DNA from: an uncultured Actinomycetota bacterium
GTDB lineage: Bacteria > Actinomycetota > Actinomycetes > JAHEKZ01
DNA length: 64,000 nucleotides
Direction: 5' to 3'
Assembly (NCBI GenBank): GCA_963718235.1
Contig: CAVQYR010000002.1
Coordinates: 832,001 to 896,000 of the forward strand
The translations under genes were made by a program, and so were the position numbers. Positions 39,293 through 50,220 of this stretch are shown here, piece after piece; within the stretch, counting starts at the first letter, position 1, and each line of letters starts with the position of its first letter. The notes under the pieces are model-generated. The model was given only the letters and a program-made list of their open reading frames with translations, had not been told where the DNA came from and made no database searches.

Positions 39293-40303
39293 ATGACGAT
39301 CTGGCAGGGTGACCGGGTGCGCTCACCGGAGGCTCGGCCGCTGCGGTTCGACGGGATCACCGCCGTCCCCGCCGACTGGCCGCGTTCGGTCGTCACGATC
39401 GGGGTCTTCGACGGTGTGCATGTCGGGCACCGGTCGATCCTGGCCCAGGCCCACCGCCACGCGGTGGCGCTGGGCGGCGTGCCGGTCGTGGCGGTCACCT
39501 TCGACCCGCACCCCAGCGAGGTGGTGCGACCCGGCAGCAGTCCGCGGCAGGTCTCCACCCTCGACCACCGGGTCGAGCTGTTGGGGGAGGCCGGCGCCGA
39601 CGCCGTGCTCGTGCTGCCCTTCACCCGTGAGCTGGCGTCGCTGTCGCCGCAGGATTTCGTCGAGCAGGTCCTCACCGGTCGGCTGCACGCGGTGGCGGTG
39701 GTCGTCGGCGCCAACTTCCGGTTCGGCCACCGGGCTGCCGGGACGGTCGAGACGCTGGCCGGGCTCGGCGAGCAGCTCGGCTTCACCGTCGAGGGCGTGA
39801 CCCTCGTCGCAGGCACCGACGGCGCGGCGACCGCCGCGTCGTCCAGCTACGTGCGTCAGTGCGTGCTCGAGGGTGACGTCGTGGAGGCGTCCCTGGTGCT
39901 GGGGCGACCGCACCGAGTCGAGGGCCCGGTCGTGCACGGCGACCACCGCGGCCGCGACCTCGGCTACCCGACGGCGAACGTCGCGGTCGACCCGGGCGCC
40001 GCGGTGCCCGACGACGGCGTCTACGCCGGCTGGCTCCTCGTCGACCCGCACGCGGGCGACCCCAAGCATCGGTACCCGGCGGCGATCTCGATCGGCACGA
40101 ACCCGACCTTCGACGGCGCCGAGCGGCGGGTGGAGGCCTACGTCCTGGACCGCGACGACCTCGACCTGTACGGGAAGACCGTGGCCGTGGAGTTCCGTTC
40201 CCGGCTGCGACCCACCCTGAGGTTCGACTCGGTGGACGACCTGCTCGTCCAGATGGCCGACGACGTCGAGCAGACCCGTCACCTCACCGCGACTCCGGAG
40301 TAG
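39293..40303 (+). CDS. ribF: Bifunctional riboflavin kinase/FAD synthetase
   Basis: GVFDGVHVGH, GYPTAN and GTNPTF motifs. Confidence 0.96.
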   Translation: MTIWQGDRVRSPEARPLRFDGITAVPADWPRSVVTIGVFDGVHVGHRSILAQAHRHAVALGGVPVVAVTFDPHPSEVVRPGSSPRQVSTLDHRVELLGEAGADAVLVLPFTRELASLSPQDFVEQVLTGRLHAVAVVVGANFRFGHRAAGTVETLAGLGEQLGFTVEGVTLVAGTDGAATAASSSYVRQCVLEGDVVEASLVLGRPHRVEGPVVHGDHRGRDLGYPTANVAVDPGAAVPDDGVYAGWLLVDPHAGDPKHRYPAAISIGTNPTFDGAERRVEAYVLDRDDLDLYGKTVAVEFRSRLRPTLRFDSVDDLLVQMADDVEQTRHLTATPE

Positions 40304-40406
40304 CGGCGCCCACCGGGGCCGACGAAGGCGCCGTCCTCTCGTCGGCCACTCGTAACGGCCTCGTAACGGACGCCTGCCCAGGCTGGGGCATAGGAGGTGG
40401 TCGACG

Positions 40407-41600
40407 GTGTCGTGGCTCGGCCGACTGCGCGGCGTCGTCATCTGGGCGTTGGCCCTGGCTGTGCCGGTCCTCTCGGTCTTCGCCTGGGTGGGGAGTCTCG
40501 GCGCCACCACGGTGTTCGCGCCGGCCACACAACGGGTCGTTCCCGCGGGGATCGGACTCGTCGGGATGACCGCGACGACCTTCGCCCTGGTCGGCGGGCT
40601 TATCGCTGTGCGAACCAGGCACAACGTCGTCGGCGGGCTGCTGCTCGGTATCGGCGGTTGGATCTCGATCACGCTGGCAGGCATGACGGCGGTTGCGTTG
40701 GACCTGCCGGGGGGCCAGTGGATGGAGTGGCTGACCAACTTCGCCTTGGTGTTTCCCCTGATTGCGTACCTGCTGCTGCTCTATCCGGACGGGCACCTGC
40801 TCAGTCGTCGATGGCGGCCGGCTCTGTGGCTCACCCATGTCTCGATGGTCGCAGCCGTCATCGGCGTCTTCGCAACTGCCTACGTGGCGGACGATGTGTA
40901 CGCCTACGACAACCCGCTGCTGGTTCGTGCCCTGTCCGGCTCGGTGCTCGACAATTCGCTGCTTGCCTTCATTCTCTTCCCGTGTGCTCTCGTGCTTGGT
41001 ACGGCGTCGTTCTTCGTTCGCTTCCGTGCAGCGCGCGACGTCGAACGAGCACAGGTGAAGTGGTTCGCGTTCGCTGCTGTGATCGTCCTCGCTGGGTATC
41101 TGTTCCAGATGGCAACCTGGCTGCTCACCGGCGCACTCGACGTAGATATCGCTGGACTTGGGCTCGTCGTCCTGGCCCTTTCCTTCAACGCCGTGCCGAT
41201 CGCCTGCGGCTTCGCGATCTTGCGCTACCGGCTCTACGACATCGACCGAGTGGTCAGCCGCTCGGTCGCCTACGTGCTCGTCACCGGCGTCGTGCTGGCC
41301 GTCTATGCCCTCGTCATCGGGGTGACCACGACCTTCGTGTCCGCGGACTCCAACCTGGTCGTGGCGGGTGCCACGCTCGTGGCCGCGCTGGCCTTGGAGC
41401 CGACCCGGCGACGGGTCCAGACGCTCGTGGACCGACGGTTCAACCGGGCTCACTACGACGCGATGCGGATCCTCGACGGCTTCGGCACGCGGCTGACGCG
41501 CGAGATCGACCCGACCACGGTCCGCGCGGACCTCCTCGACACGGTCACGCTCACGCTCCAACCACAGTCGGTGGCGGTGTGGACACACCGGCCGACGTGA
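40407..41600 (+). CDS. Multi-TM membrane protein resembling a histidine-kinase sensor N-terminus, without a kinase domain
   Basis: YPDGHLLSRRWR, RAQVKW, ILRYRLYDID and VDRRFNR; SD AGGAGG. Confidence 0.7.
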   Translation: MSWLGRLRGVVIWALALAVPVLSVFAWVGSLGATTVFAPATQRVVPAGIGLVGMTATTFALVGGLIAVRTRHNVVGGLLLGIGGWISITLAGMTAVALDLPGGQWMEWLTNFALVFPLIAYLLLLYPDGHLLSRRWRPALWLTHVSMVAAVIGVFATAYVADDVYAYDNPLLVRALSGSVLDNSLLAFILFPCALVLGTASFFVRFRAARDVERAQVKWFAFAAVIVLAGYLFQMATWLLTGALDVDIAGLGLVVLALSFNAVPIACGFAILRYRLYDIDRVVSRSVAYVLVTGVVLAVYALVIGVTTTFVSADSNLVVAGATLVAALALEPTRRRVQTLVDRRFNRAHYDAMRILDGFGTRLTREIDPTTVRADLLDTVTLTLQPQSVAVWTHRPT

Positions 41601-41657
41601 ACTGACGAGCCAGGCTCGAGACTTCACACCACTCTGGGAGCCCGGACGTGCGACGCG

Positions 41658-43730
41658 TCAACGCAGGTTGCGGACCCAGGTGCCGCCACGGTGGCCGGCA
41701 TCGCGGACCCACTCCCAGCGCGCCCCAGCTGCGACGAGGACGCCACCGGCGACGGCGAACGAGACCCACTGCGGCAGGAAGCGGCCCAGCTCGACCAGCT
41801 GCACGGCGGTGACGATGAGGACCGCGAGGGCGGCCGGGGCCAGGACACCGGCCAGCCGCTGCCAGGCTCCCACCACGACCAGCCCTGTCCCGACGACGAA
41901 CAGGCCGACGACGCGCACCTGGTACGCGGTACCTGGGTCCTCGCCCGCCCACCACTGGCTGGTGGCGGCGTCGAGCATGGCCAGCGTGGTGGGTGCGAGC
42001 AGCAGGGTGACTGCAGGACCGACGGTCACGAGGGTCGGAGTGGGTGTCGGACGGCGCACCCACCAGCAGAGGACACCGGCCACGGCCGCGACGGCGGCGA
42101 GGGCGAGCCCGTAGACCTCGGGCGCGATCGCCGGGTCGAGCGTGGTCACGCCGCCCAGGAGTGCCATCGACGCCGACCCGGCGAGGGCCCCGAGCCACAC
42201 GCTCCACGCAGGCAGGTGACGACGAAGGGCCTCGAACCAGACGGCCAGCGCCAGAAGAGCCAGGGTGGCGGCGATACCGACCTGCACGTCGACGGGTGCC
42301 ACCTGGTAGTCGCTGAGCACCGAGACGAGCCACACACCCAGTCCGGCCACCGCCGCTGCGAGGGCTGGGATCCCGCGCAGCCTGAGGGCGTGCGCGGTGA
42401 ACCGATGGACCTCGGCCAGCACCACCAGCAAGCCGCCGATCGCCAGTCCGGCTACCAGGCCCCGCCACAGGTTCCAGGTGTCGGTCCAGGGAGCGACCAG
42501 GAAGCCCACGGCTGCGCCGAGAGGAATCGAGGCGACCAGCGCGACCTCGTCCCGCCGGGCGCTGGCCACATGGACGCGGGCCCAGAGCACGAGGCCGGTG
42601 GCCGCCGCCAGGGCAAGCGCCGAACCCGGCCGGCTGGCCGGTTCGGCGACACCGGACACGAAGGCGCTCACGGCTGCGAACACGGTGATCACTGCCGCGA
42701 CATAGCCGGGTTCGGGCCGGTGTCCGGGAAGCAGCCGCACCAGGAGCGCCTCGGCCGGAGCGAGGACGAGCAGCACCCCCGCGAAGAAGAGGGGGCGGAC
42801 GGTGTCGTCGACCGTAGCCCGGTCGGCCACGAAGCCGGCGAGCACGAGAGACCCGACGAGCAGGGAGAGCCCGGCCAGTGCCGGCCAGGTCACCACGGTC
42901 CACCGGTGGGCCAGCAGGAGCAGGACGAGGCTGCCGACCAGCAAGATGGCAGCGGGCCACCAGGCCCAGTGGTCGCCGAGCGGGAGGGCGTCGTCGACCG
43001 GCGCCGACGCCAGCACCCCCAGGGTGAGGGCGGCACCCACCAGTGCCCCCACCTCGCCGACGGCCTGCAGGCGGCTGCGGAGGACGACCCCCACCACCGT
43101 CAGCACCACTGCGGCCGTGAGGCTGGCGACCAGTGCTGCCGTCTCGCCGAGGGGGTCAGCGGCCAGCAGCCGGGTCGCGACGGCGCTCACGGCGACCAGC
43201 AGGGTGCCGACCATGCCGAGCGTCGTCGCGGTGCCGGGGAGACGGTGGCGCAGTCGGACCCCGGCGACCAGGGCCAGCCCGCCGAGGAGGTAGAGGGTGA
43301 GCAGCTGCCCGGTCGGCCCCAGGGCGTCCCAGGCGAAGGCGACGAACGCGATGCCGGCCAGCACCAGCAGGGTCGCGCCGCCGGCGAGCAGCAGGCTCCC
43401 GACACTGGGTGCGACCCGTTCCGGCCGCGCTGCGCGGGGCGAAGTCGTGGCGACCCCGAGGGTGCGCGGGAACTGCTTCTCCGCCAGCGCCGACCAGTGG
43501 TCGGCCGGCAGGTCCCCGGCCGAGAGCCGGTCGGTCAGCCACGTGGCGCGGTCCCTGGCCCAGTCCGACCACTCGGTCAGCTGCTGCCGCTCCACCAACG
43601 CGGCCACCGGCATCTCCCGGCCGCAGCTCGGGCAGGTGACCTGCGGACCCTCGGGCGGGGTGGCCAGAGCGGCGCCGCAGCCTGGGCACGACCACTGGGT
43701 GGTCGTGGAGGTGAGCTGGGCGGTCTCCAC
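41658..43730 (-). CDS. Large polytopic membrane protein with N-terminal zinc ribbon (SCO7613/DUF2157-like)
   Basis: CPGC...CPSC followed by many TM segments; GARWE C-terminus; start approximate. Confidence 0.7.
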   Translation of the reverse strand: METAQLTSTTTQWSCPGCGAALATPPEGPQVTCPSCGREMPVAALVERQQLTEWSDWARDRATWLTDRLSAGDLPADHWSALAEKQFPRTLGVATTSPRAARPERVAPSVGSLLLAGGATLLVLAGIAFVAFAWDALGPTGQLLTLYLLGGLALVAGVRLRHRLPGTATTLGMVGTLLVAVSAVATRLLAADPLGETAALVASLTAAVVLTVVGVVLRSRLQAVGEVGALVGAALTLGVLASAPVDDALPLGDHWAWWPAAILLVGSLVLLLLAHRWTVVTWPALAGLSLLVGSLVLAGFVADRATVDDTVRPLFFAGVLLVLAPAEALLVRLLPGHRPEPGYVAAVITVFAAVSAFVSGVAEPASRPGSALALAAATGLVLWARVHVASARRDEVALVASIPLGAAVGFLVAPWTDTWNLWRGLVAGLAIGGLLVVLAEVHRFTAHALRLRGIPALAAAVAGLGVWLVSVLSDYQVAPVDVQVGIAATLALLALAVWFEALRRHLPAWSVWLGALAGSASMALLGGVTTLDPAIAPEVYGLALAAVAAVAGVLCWWVRRPTPTPTLVTVGPAVTLLLAPTTLAMLDAATSQWWAGEDPGTAYQVRVVGLFVVGTGLVVVGAWQRLAGVLAPAALAVLIVTAVQLVELGRFLPQWVSFAVAGGVLVAAGARWEWVRDAGHRGGTWVRNLR

Positions 43731-43879
43731 CCCTTCAGGCTGGCACGGTCGGCGGCGTGGGATTAGGGCCGAATGCCCCCCACTGGTAGCCTGAGCAGGC
43801 CGTTTGATCGGCCGCGGACGTCGAAGTGCCCGGGTGGACCTGCCCCGGAGCGCCGCGCAACGAGACACCGAGGAGATTC

Positions 43880-44149
43880 GTGTCGCTCGACACTGCCACC
43901 AAGAAGCAGATCATGACCGACTACGCCGTGCATGAGGGCGACACCGGTTCCCCCGAGGTCCAGGTTGCCATTCTGAGCCGCCGCATCGCCGACCTGACCG
44001 AGCACCTCAAGAGCCACAAGCACGACCACCACAGCCGGCGCGGCCTGCTGCTCATGGTCGGTCAGCGCCGTCGGCTGTTGAACTACCTGTCCGACATCGA
44101 CGTCGAGCGCTACCGCAGCCTCATCGCGCGGCTCGGTCTGCGCCGGTGA
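43880..44149 (+). CDS. rpsO: 30S ribosomal protein S15
   Basis: GDTGSPEVQ and DHHSRRGLL motifs; SD AGGAG. Confidence 0.98.
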   Translation: MSLDTATKKQIMTDYAVHEGDTGSPEVQVAILSRRIADLTEHLKSHKHDHHSRRGLLLMVGQRRRLLNYLSDIDVERYRSLIARLGLRR

Positions 44150-44154
44150 CCATC

Positions 44155-44193
44155 GAAGGGGAGTGACCCACAGGGCGCTCCCCTTCTGCTTTT
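44155..44193 (+). terminator. Intrinsic terminator after rpsO
   Basis: GAAGGGGAG...CTCCCCTTC stem followed by TGCTTTT. Confidence 0.8.
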
Positions 44194-44273
44194 CCGCTCC
44201 ACCTCAGCTCAGCATCATCAACTGAACAAACCGCCCTCGGGGTGGCACGTAGACGGGTTCGCCGTCGTCGTCG

Positions 44274-44335
44274 CCGGTCCTCGGTAGTGGCGCCCCGGGC
44301 CACCAGGTGTCCCGGGAGCCTCGATCGAAGACCGG
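44274..44335 (+). ncRNA. Actino-pnp leader RNA motif
   Basis: CCGGTCCTCGGTAGTGGC...CTCGATCGAAGACCGG in the pnp 5' UTR; recognised from memory of the motif. Confidence 0.7.
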
Positions 44336-44390
44336 ACGCTCGACCCGGACTCCTTGGCGTGCCTCCCCTTGACACCCAAGGAGGAGACCC

Positions 44391-46607
44391 ATGGAGGGTC
44401 CCGACGTGCAGTACAGCGAAGCCGTGATCGACAACGGGTCGTTCGGCAAGCGCATCATCAAGTTCGAAACCGGGCGTCTCGCCCGCCAGGCGGCCGGCTC
44501 GGCCGTCGCCTACCTCGACGACGACACCATGGTGCTGTCGGCGACCACCGCGTCCAAGCGACCCAAGGACCAGCTGGACTTCTTCCCGCTGACCGTCGAC
44601 GTCGAAGAGCGCATGTACGCGATCGGCAAGATCCCCGGCTCGTTCTTCCGCCGTGAGGGTCGGCCCAGCGAGGAGGCCATCCTCACCTGTCGGCTGATCG
44701 ACCGGCCGCTGCGTCCCTCGTTCGCCAAGGGCCTGCGCAACGAGATCCAGATCGTCGAGACGATCATGTCGCTGAACCCCAACGACCTCTACGACGTCGT
44801 GGCGATCAACGCTGCCTCGATGTCGACCATGATCGCCGGGCTGCCGTTCAGCGGCCCGATCGGCGGGGTCCGGGTGGCCCTGATCGAGGGGCAGTGGGTG
44901 GCCTTCCCGACCCACGCCGACCTCGAGCAGGCCGTGTTCGACATGGTCGTCGCCGGTCGCGTGGTCGGAGACGACGTCGCGATCATGATGGTCGAGGCCG
45001 AGGCCACCGACCAGACCGTGGCGCTCGTCGCCGATGGCGCCCTCGCGCCGACTGAGGAGGTCGTCGCCGCCGGACTCGAGGCGGCCAAGCCCTTCATCCG
45101 GGCGCTGTGCGACGCGCAGAGCGAGCTCGCCGCCAAGAACTCGAAGCCGGTGGGCGAGTTCCCTCGGTTCCTCGACTACCAGGACGACGTCTACGTCGCG
45201 GTCGAGTCGGCGGCCTCAGCCCCGCTCGCCGAGGCGCTGACGATCGCCGGCAAGCAGGAGCGGGAGTCCACCCTCGACGCCGTCAAGGCGCAGGCCGTCG
45301 AGGACGTCGCGCCGAAGTTCGAGGGTCGCGAGAAGGAGATCAGCGCGGCGTTCCGTGCGCTGACCAAGAAGCTGGTCCGCCAGCGGATCCTGCGCGACAA
45401 GGTCCGGATCGACGGGCGCACGCCCACCGACATCCGCAGCCTGTCCGCCGAGGTCGGCGTCGTCCCACTGGCTCACGGCTCGGCCCTGTTCGAGCGCGGC
45501 GAGACCCAGATCCTGGGCGTCACCACGCTGAACATGCTGCGCATGGAGCAGATGCTCGACACGCTGTCGCCGGAGAACCGCAAGCGCTACATGCACAACT
45601 ACAACTTCCCGCCCTACTCGACCGGTGAGACCGGCCGGGTCGGTTCGCCCAAGCGCCGCGAGATCGGTCACGGCGCCCTGGCGGAGCGGGCGCTCAAGCC
45701 GGTGCTGCCCAGCCGCGAGGAGTTCCCCTACGCGCTTCGTCAGGTGTCGGAGGCACTCGGGTCCAACGGCTCGACGTCCATGGGCTCGGTGTGCGCCTCC
45801 ACCTTGTCGCTGCTGAACGCCGGTGTGCCGCTCAGGGCGCCGGTGGCCGGCATCGCCATGGGCCTGGTGTCCGACGAGGTAGACGGGAAGACCGAGTACG
45901 TCGCACTGACCGACATCCTGGGTGCCGAGGACGCCTTCGGTGACATGGACTTCAAGGTCGCCGGTACCAAGGACTTCGTGACGGCGCTGCAGCTGGACAC
46001 CAAGCTCGACGGCATCCCGGCGTCAGTGCTCGCTGGTGCGCTGACCCAGGCGAAGGACGCCCGGCTGACCATCCTCGCCGTGATGGCCGAGGCCATCGAC
46101 GCACCCGACGAGATGGCTCCGAACGCCCCGCGCGTGATCAGCGTGAAGATCCCCGTCGACAAGATCGGTGAGGTCATCGGGCCGAAGGGCAAGATGATCA
46201 ACTCCATCCAGGAGGACACCGGCGCCGACATCACGATCGAGGACGACGGCACGATCTACATCGGTGCGGTCGACGGCCCCTCGGCCGAGGCCGCCCGGGT
46301 TGCCATCAACTCGATCGCGAACCCGACCATGCCGGAGATCGGCGAGCGCTACCTGGGCACCGTGGTCAAGACCACGACGTTCGGTGCGTTCATCTCGCTG
46401 ATCCCGGGCAAGGACGGCCTCCTGCACATCTCCGAGGTCAAGAAGCTGGCCGGCAAGCCCCGGATCGACTCCGTCGACGAGGTGCTCAAGGTGGGCGACA
46501 AGGTCCGGGTCGAGATCAAGGACATCGACGACCGCGGCAAGCTGTCGCTCGCCCCCGTGCTGGAGGAGGCGGCCGACGCCGCAGCCCCCGCCGAGGTCCC
46601 TTCCTGA
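44391..46607 (+). CDS. pnp: Polyribonucleotide nucleotidyltransferase
   Basis: [23 protein letters not shown] and GDMDFKVAG motifs; KH and S1 domains. Confidence 0.98.
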   Translation: MEGPDVQYSEAVIDNGSFGKRIIKFETGRLARQAAGSAVAYLDDDTMVLSATTASKRPKDQLDFFPLTVDVEERMYAIGKIPGSFFRREGRPSEEAILTCRLIDRPLRPSFAKGLRNEIQIVETIMSLNPNDLYDVVAINAASMSTMIAGLPFSGPIGGVRVALIEGQWVAFPTHADLEQAVFDMVVAGRVVGDDVAIMMVEAEATDQTVALVADGALAPTEEVVAAGLEAAKPFIRALCDAQSELAAKNSKPVGEFPRFLDYQDDVYVAVESAASAPLAEALTIAGKQERESTLDAVKAQAVEDVAPKFEGREKEISAAFRALTKKLVRQRILRDKVRIDGRTPTDIRSLSAEVGVVPLAHGSALFERGETQILGVTTLNMLRMEQMLDTLSPENRKRYMHNYNFPPYSTGETGRVGSPKRREIGHGALAERALKPVLPSREEFPYALRQVSEALGSNGSTSMGSVCASTLSLLNAGVPLRAPVAGIAMGLVSDEVDGKTEYVALTDILGAEDAFGDMDFKVAGTKDFVTALQLDTKLDGIPASVLAGALTQAKDARLTILAVMAEAIDAPDEMAPNAPRVISVKIPVDKIGEVIGPKGKMINSIQEDTGADITIEDDGTIYIGAVDGPSAEAARVAINSIANPTMPEIGERYLGTVVKTTTFGAFISLIPGKDGLLHISEVKKLAGKPRIDSVDEVLKVGDKVRVEIKDIDDRGKLSLAPVLEEAADAAAPAEVPS

Positions 46608-46609
46608 CC

Positions 46610-47956
46610 GTGGGTCGCCAGCGAACCGCCGCCGAGCAGCGCCCCGGCAGCACGCTGACCTTGCACCACGGGAACGACGGCTCCGTGGTCAAGCGAACGG
46701 TGCTGCCGGGTGGGCTGCGGGTGGTCACCGAGTCGGTGCCTGCCGTGCGGTCGGTCTCGTTCGGGCTGTGGGTGGGGGTCGGCTCCCGCGACGAGCGCCC
46801 GTCGCAGGCCGGTGCCACGCACTACCTGGAGCACCTGCTGTTCAAGGGCACCAAGCGCCGGTCGGCGTTGGACATCTCGGCGTCGATCGACGCACTGGGC
46901 GGCGAGATGAACGCCTTCACCGCCAAGGAGTACACCTGCTACTACGCGCGGGTGCTCGACGCCGACCTGCCCGTCGCCGTCGACGTCGTCACCGACATGG
47001 TCACCTCCTCGACGCTGATCGGTGGCGACATCGAGTCCGAGCGCGGTGTCATCTGCGAAGAGATCGCGATGCACGAGGACGACCCCGGCGGCGCCGTGCA
47101 CGACACGTTTGCCGCGACCGTGTTCGGACCCAGTCCGCTCGGTCGACCGATCCTCGGCAGCGTGGAGTCCATCGAGACCCTCTCGGCGGAGTCGATCCGT
47201 CGCTACTACCGCCGCTGGTACCGACCTGAGCATGTCGTGGTCGCTGCGGCGGGCAACCTCGACCACGCCACGGTGGTCCGCCTGGTGCGCAAGGCCTTCC
47301 GCGAGGCTGGGGTCGACCTCGCGGGCGACACCCGCCCCGCCGCCCCGAGGCTGGGTGGTCGCAAGCCTGCCTACGGCCCCACGGTGCAGCTGGAGCCACG
47401 CACGAGCGAGCAGGCCAACCTGGTCCTGGGCATGCCGGGGATCAGCCGCACCGACGACCGGCGGTTCGCCCTCGGCGTGCTGAACGCGGCGCTCGGTGGC
47501 GGCATGAGCAGCCGACTGTTCCAGGAGGTGCGCGAGAAGCGTGGCCTGGCGTACTCGGTGTACTCCTACAGCTCCCAGTTCGCCGACACCGGGCTGTTCG
47601 GCGTCTACGCGGGATGTCTCCCGCAGAAGCTCGACGAGGTGCTGGACCTCTGTCTGGGCGAGCTGGTCGAGGTGGCCGAGCACGGCATCACCGACGACGA
47701 GCTGGCCCGGGGCCAGGGTCAGCTGCGTGGTGGGCTCGTCCTGGGCCTGGAGGACACCGGTTCGCGGATGACCCGGATCGGCAAGAGCGAGCTCGTGCAC
47801 GGCGAGCTGCTCGGCGTCGACGAGCTGCTCGACCGGATCGACGCCGTCACCCTCGACGACGTGCGCGCTGTGGCCGCCGACGTCCTGGGTGCCGCCCCGT
47901 CGTTGGCCGTGATCGGACCCTTCGAGCCCGACCGGGTGTTCGCCGCCGTCGGATGA
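46610..47956 (+). CDS. M16 (pitrilysin-family) zinc peptidase
   Basis: HYLEHLLFKGT and GGGMSSRLF motifs. Confidence 0.93.
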   Translation: MGRQRTAAEQRPGSTLTLHHGNDGSVVKRTVLPGGLRVVTESVPAVRSVSFGLWVGVGSRDERPSQAGATHYLEHLLFKGTKRRSALDISASIDALGGEMNAFTAKEYTCYYARVLDADLPVAVDVVTDMVTSSTLIGGDIESERGVICEEIAMHEDDPGGAVHDTFAATVFGPSPLGRPILGSVESIETLSAESIRRYYRRWYRPEHVVVAAAGNLDHATVVRLVRKAFREAGVDLAGDTRPAAPRLGGRKPAYGPTVQLEPRTSEQANLVLGMPGISRTDDRRFALGVLNAALGGGMSSRLFQEVREKRGLAYSVYSYSSQFADTGLFGVYAGCLPQKLDEVLDLCLGELVEVAEHGITDDELARGQGQLRGGLVLGLEDTGSRMTRIGKSELVHGELLGVDELLDRIDAVTLDDVRAVAADVLGAAPSLAVIGPFEPDRVFAAVG

Positions 47957-48723
47957 CCGACCGCCAGGGAGGCGCTGTGGTACGCGTGGCCGTGATCGGC
48001 GCAGCCGGTCGCATGGGACGAGCGGTCTGCGGCGCTGTGCGCGAGGCCGACGGTCTCGAGCTCGTCGCGTCGATCGACCGCTCCGGGTCGGTCGACGACG
48101 CCGTGGCGGCAGGCGCGGAGGTCCTCGTCGACTTCACCACACCGGCGACCAGCCCCGCTCTCGTGAGCGAGGCGGTCTCCCGTGGCCTGAACGTTGTCGT
48201 CGGAACGAGCGGCTACGACGAGACCCGGCTGCAGCAGGTGCGCGACACCCTGGCCCAGCACACCGCCGTTGGTGTGGTCGTGGCCCCCAACTTTGCCCTC
48301 GGCGCAGTGCTGCTCATGAGGTTCGCCCGCGAGGCCGCCCCATGGTTCGAGTCGGTCGAGATCGTCGAGCTGCACCACCCCGACAAGCTCGACGCACCGT
48401 CCGGAACCGCGAGCCACACCGCCCACGAGATCGCTGCGGCACGCCGTGGCGCGGGACTTCCGCCGGCTCCCGACGCCACGACGACCACTCTGCCGGGCGC
48501 CCGCGGCGCCGACGTCGAGGGCATCCCGGTCCACTCGGTCCGGCTGCGTGGTCTCGTGGCCCACGAGGAGGTCCTCCTCGGCAACGCCGGCGAGGCCCTG
48601 ACCGTGCGCCACGACTCCTTCGACCGCGCGTCGTTCATGCCCGGGGTGCTGCTGGCGGTGCGCGAGGTGCCGTCGCGTCCCGGACTGACGGTCGGACTGG
48701 AACCGCTCCTCCAGCTCGGCTGA
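47953..48723 (+). CDS. dapB: 4-hydroxy-tetrahydrodipicolinate reductase
   Basis: GAAGRMG, ELHHPDKLDAPSGTA and HSVRL motifs; start may be the GTG at 47977. Confidence 0.96.
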   Translation: MTDRQGGAVVRVAVIGAAGRMGRAVCGAVREADGLELVASIDRSGSVDDAVAAGAEVLVDFTTPATSPALVSEAVSRGLNVVVGTSGYDETRLQQVRDTLAQHTAVGVVVAPNFALGAVLLMRFAREAAPWFESVEIVELHHPDKLDAPSGTASHTAHEIAAARRGAGLPPAPDATTTTLPGARGADVEGIPVHSVRLRGLVAHEEVLLGNAGEALTVRHDSFDRASFMPGVLLAVREVPSRPGLTVGLEPLLQLG

Positions 48724-48727
48724 CCCC

Positions 48728-49177
48728 GTGACCGCCCGCCGCGTCGTCTTCGTCCTGCTGCTGGCCACCGCGGTGTACCTGCTGCTGCTCGGCCAACGCG
48801 CCTGGCTGCTGCTCACCTCCGGTGAGCCTCTGGGTGTCGGGCTCGGGGTCGGCGTCTTGCTGGTCCCCGTCGTGGGCACGGTGCTGGTGGTCAAGGAGGT
48901 GCAGTTCGGTCTCGCCACGCAGCGCCTTGCTCGTCGGCTCGGCGCCGAGGGCGGGCTGCCGGTCGACGACCTGCCGCGCAGGGCCAGCGGTCGGGTCGAC
49001 CGGGCGGCTGCCGACCAGGCGTTCGAGCGCTGCCGGGTCGACGTCGAGGCGCACCCGGACGACTGGGGCTCGTGGTACCGCCTCGGCGTCGCGTACGACG
49101 ATGCCGGCGACCGACGTCGGGCCCGCTCGTCGATGCGCCAGGCGATCGCTCTGGAGCAGGCGCAGTCCGGCAGCTGA
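48728..49177 (+). CDS. Conserved membrane protein with TPR-like C-terminus
   Basis: Two TM segments, then PDDWGSWYRLGVAYDDAGDRRRAR; usual position after dapB. Confidence 0.8.
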   Translation: MTARRVVFVLLLATAVYLLLLGQRAWLLLTSGEPLGVGLGVGVLLVPVVGTVLVVKEVQFGLATQRLARRLGAEGGLPVDDLPRRASGRVDRAAADQAFERCRVDVEAHPDDWGSWYRLGVAYDDAGDRRRARSSMRQAIALEQAQSGS

Positions 49178-49198
49178 CCGTGCCCAGGCTCGGTGCCG

Positions 49199-49501
49199 TC
49201 AGCCGGCGACGGCGCGAAGCCCCGCGGCCACAGCAGCAGCGCCCACGACCACCACCAGGAACGGTGCTCGCAGCAGCAGGGCGACGACAGCGAAGGCGAG
49301 ACCGGCCGCTCGGGCGTCGAGGACCAGGGTGGTGCCGGAGACGAAGACCTGGACGGCGGTGAGCGCAGCCAGCAGCGCGACCGGGACCAAGGTGGCGATC
49401 CGACGCACCCGGGGACGGTCCAGCGTCTGCTGGGAGACCGAGAGCCCGAGCAGCTTCAACAGGTACGCGCCCAGCGAGGTGGCCAGGACCGCGGGCCACA
49501 T
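49199..49501 (-). CDS. azlD: AzlD-family small membrane protein
   Basis: MWPAVL...LLKLLG...PVALLAAL; coupled to azlC. Confidence 0.8.
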   Translation of the reverse strand: MWPAVLATSLGAYLLKLLGLSVSQQTLDRPRVRRIATLVPVALLAALTAVQVFVSGTTLVLDARAAGLAFAVVALLLRAPFLVVVVGAAAVAAGLRAVAG

Positions 49502-50220
49502 CAGCCGCTCCCCGCCGGTGCGCGGTCCGGGTCTCCTCGGCGCGGCGCCGGCCAGGCGACGACGACCGCTACGGCAGCGGCCAGCAGCACCGGGACGCCC
49601 GGGGGGAGGAGTGGGGTCAGCGCGAGCGCCACGGCGGCGCCGAGGGCGGCGGTGACCCGGGCGTTGCGTTCGCCCAGCCGGGGCCACAGCAGGGCCAGGA
49701 AGGCGGCCCCGACCGCGGCGTCGAGCCCGAACGTCTGCGGGTCCCCGATCGCCTCGGCGCCGAGCGCGCCCAGGGCGGTGGCGGTGTTCCAGCACACGAA
49801 GACCGCCACTCCCGTCGACCAGAAGCCCAACCGCGCAGCGCGGGGACCGGGCTGGCTGATCGTCATGGCGGTGGACTCGTCGATGACGAGGTGTGCAGCG
49901 AGCAGCCGACGGGCGCCATGGACCTGCAGGAGAGGTGCCAGTGACAGCCCGTAGAGCGAGTTGCGGACTCCGAGGAACAGGGCTGCGAGCACACCGGCCA
50001 ACGCGGAGCCGCCCGCTCCGATCACCCCGACGAGTGCGAACTGGCTGGCCCCGGTGAAGGTCAGGCTCGACAGGGCCATCGTCTGGCCGAGGCTGAACCC
50101 CGAGGTGACGGCGAGCGCCCCGAACGACAACCCGTAGGTGCCGACCGCGACGCCGATGCTGGTCGCGTCGACGAGGATCCGCCGGTGCTCCTGCCGCCGA
50201 GCCGATGCCTCGTCGGTCAC
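49501..50220 (-). CDS. azlC: AzlC-family branched-chain amino acid exporter
   Basis: YGLSFGAL, FTGASQF and IDES motifs. Confidence 0.87.
   Translation of the reverse strand: MTDEASARRQEHRRILVDATSIGVAVGTYGLSFGALAVTSGFSLGQTMALSSLTFTGASQFALVGVIGAGGSALAGVLAALFLGVRNSLYGLSLAPLLQVHGARRLLAAHLVIDESTAMTISQPGPRAARLGFWSTGVAVFVCWNTATALGALGAEAIGDPQTFGLDAAVGAAFLALLWPRLGERNARVTAALGAAVALALTPLLPPGVPVLLAAAVAVVVAWPAPRRGDPDRAPAGSG

Noticed and set aside
43790-43879. Structured rpsO (S15) autoregulatory leader
   Set aside because: Plausible from position, but I cannot confirm the fold by eye.
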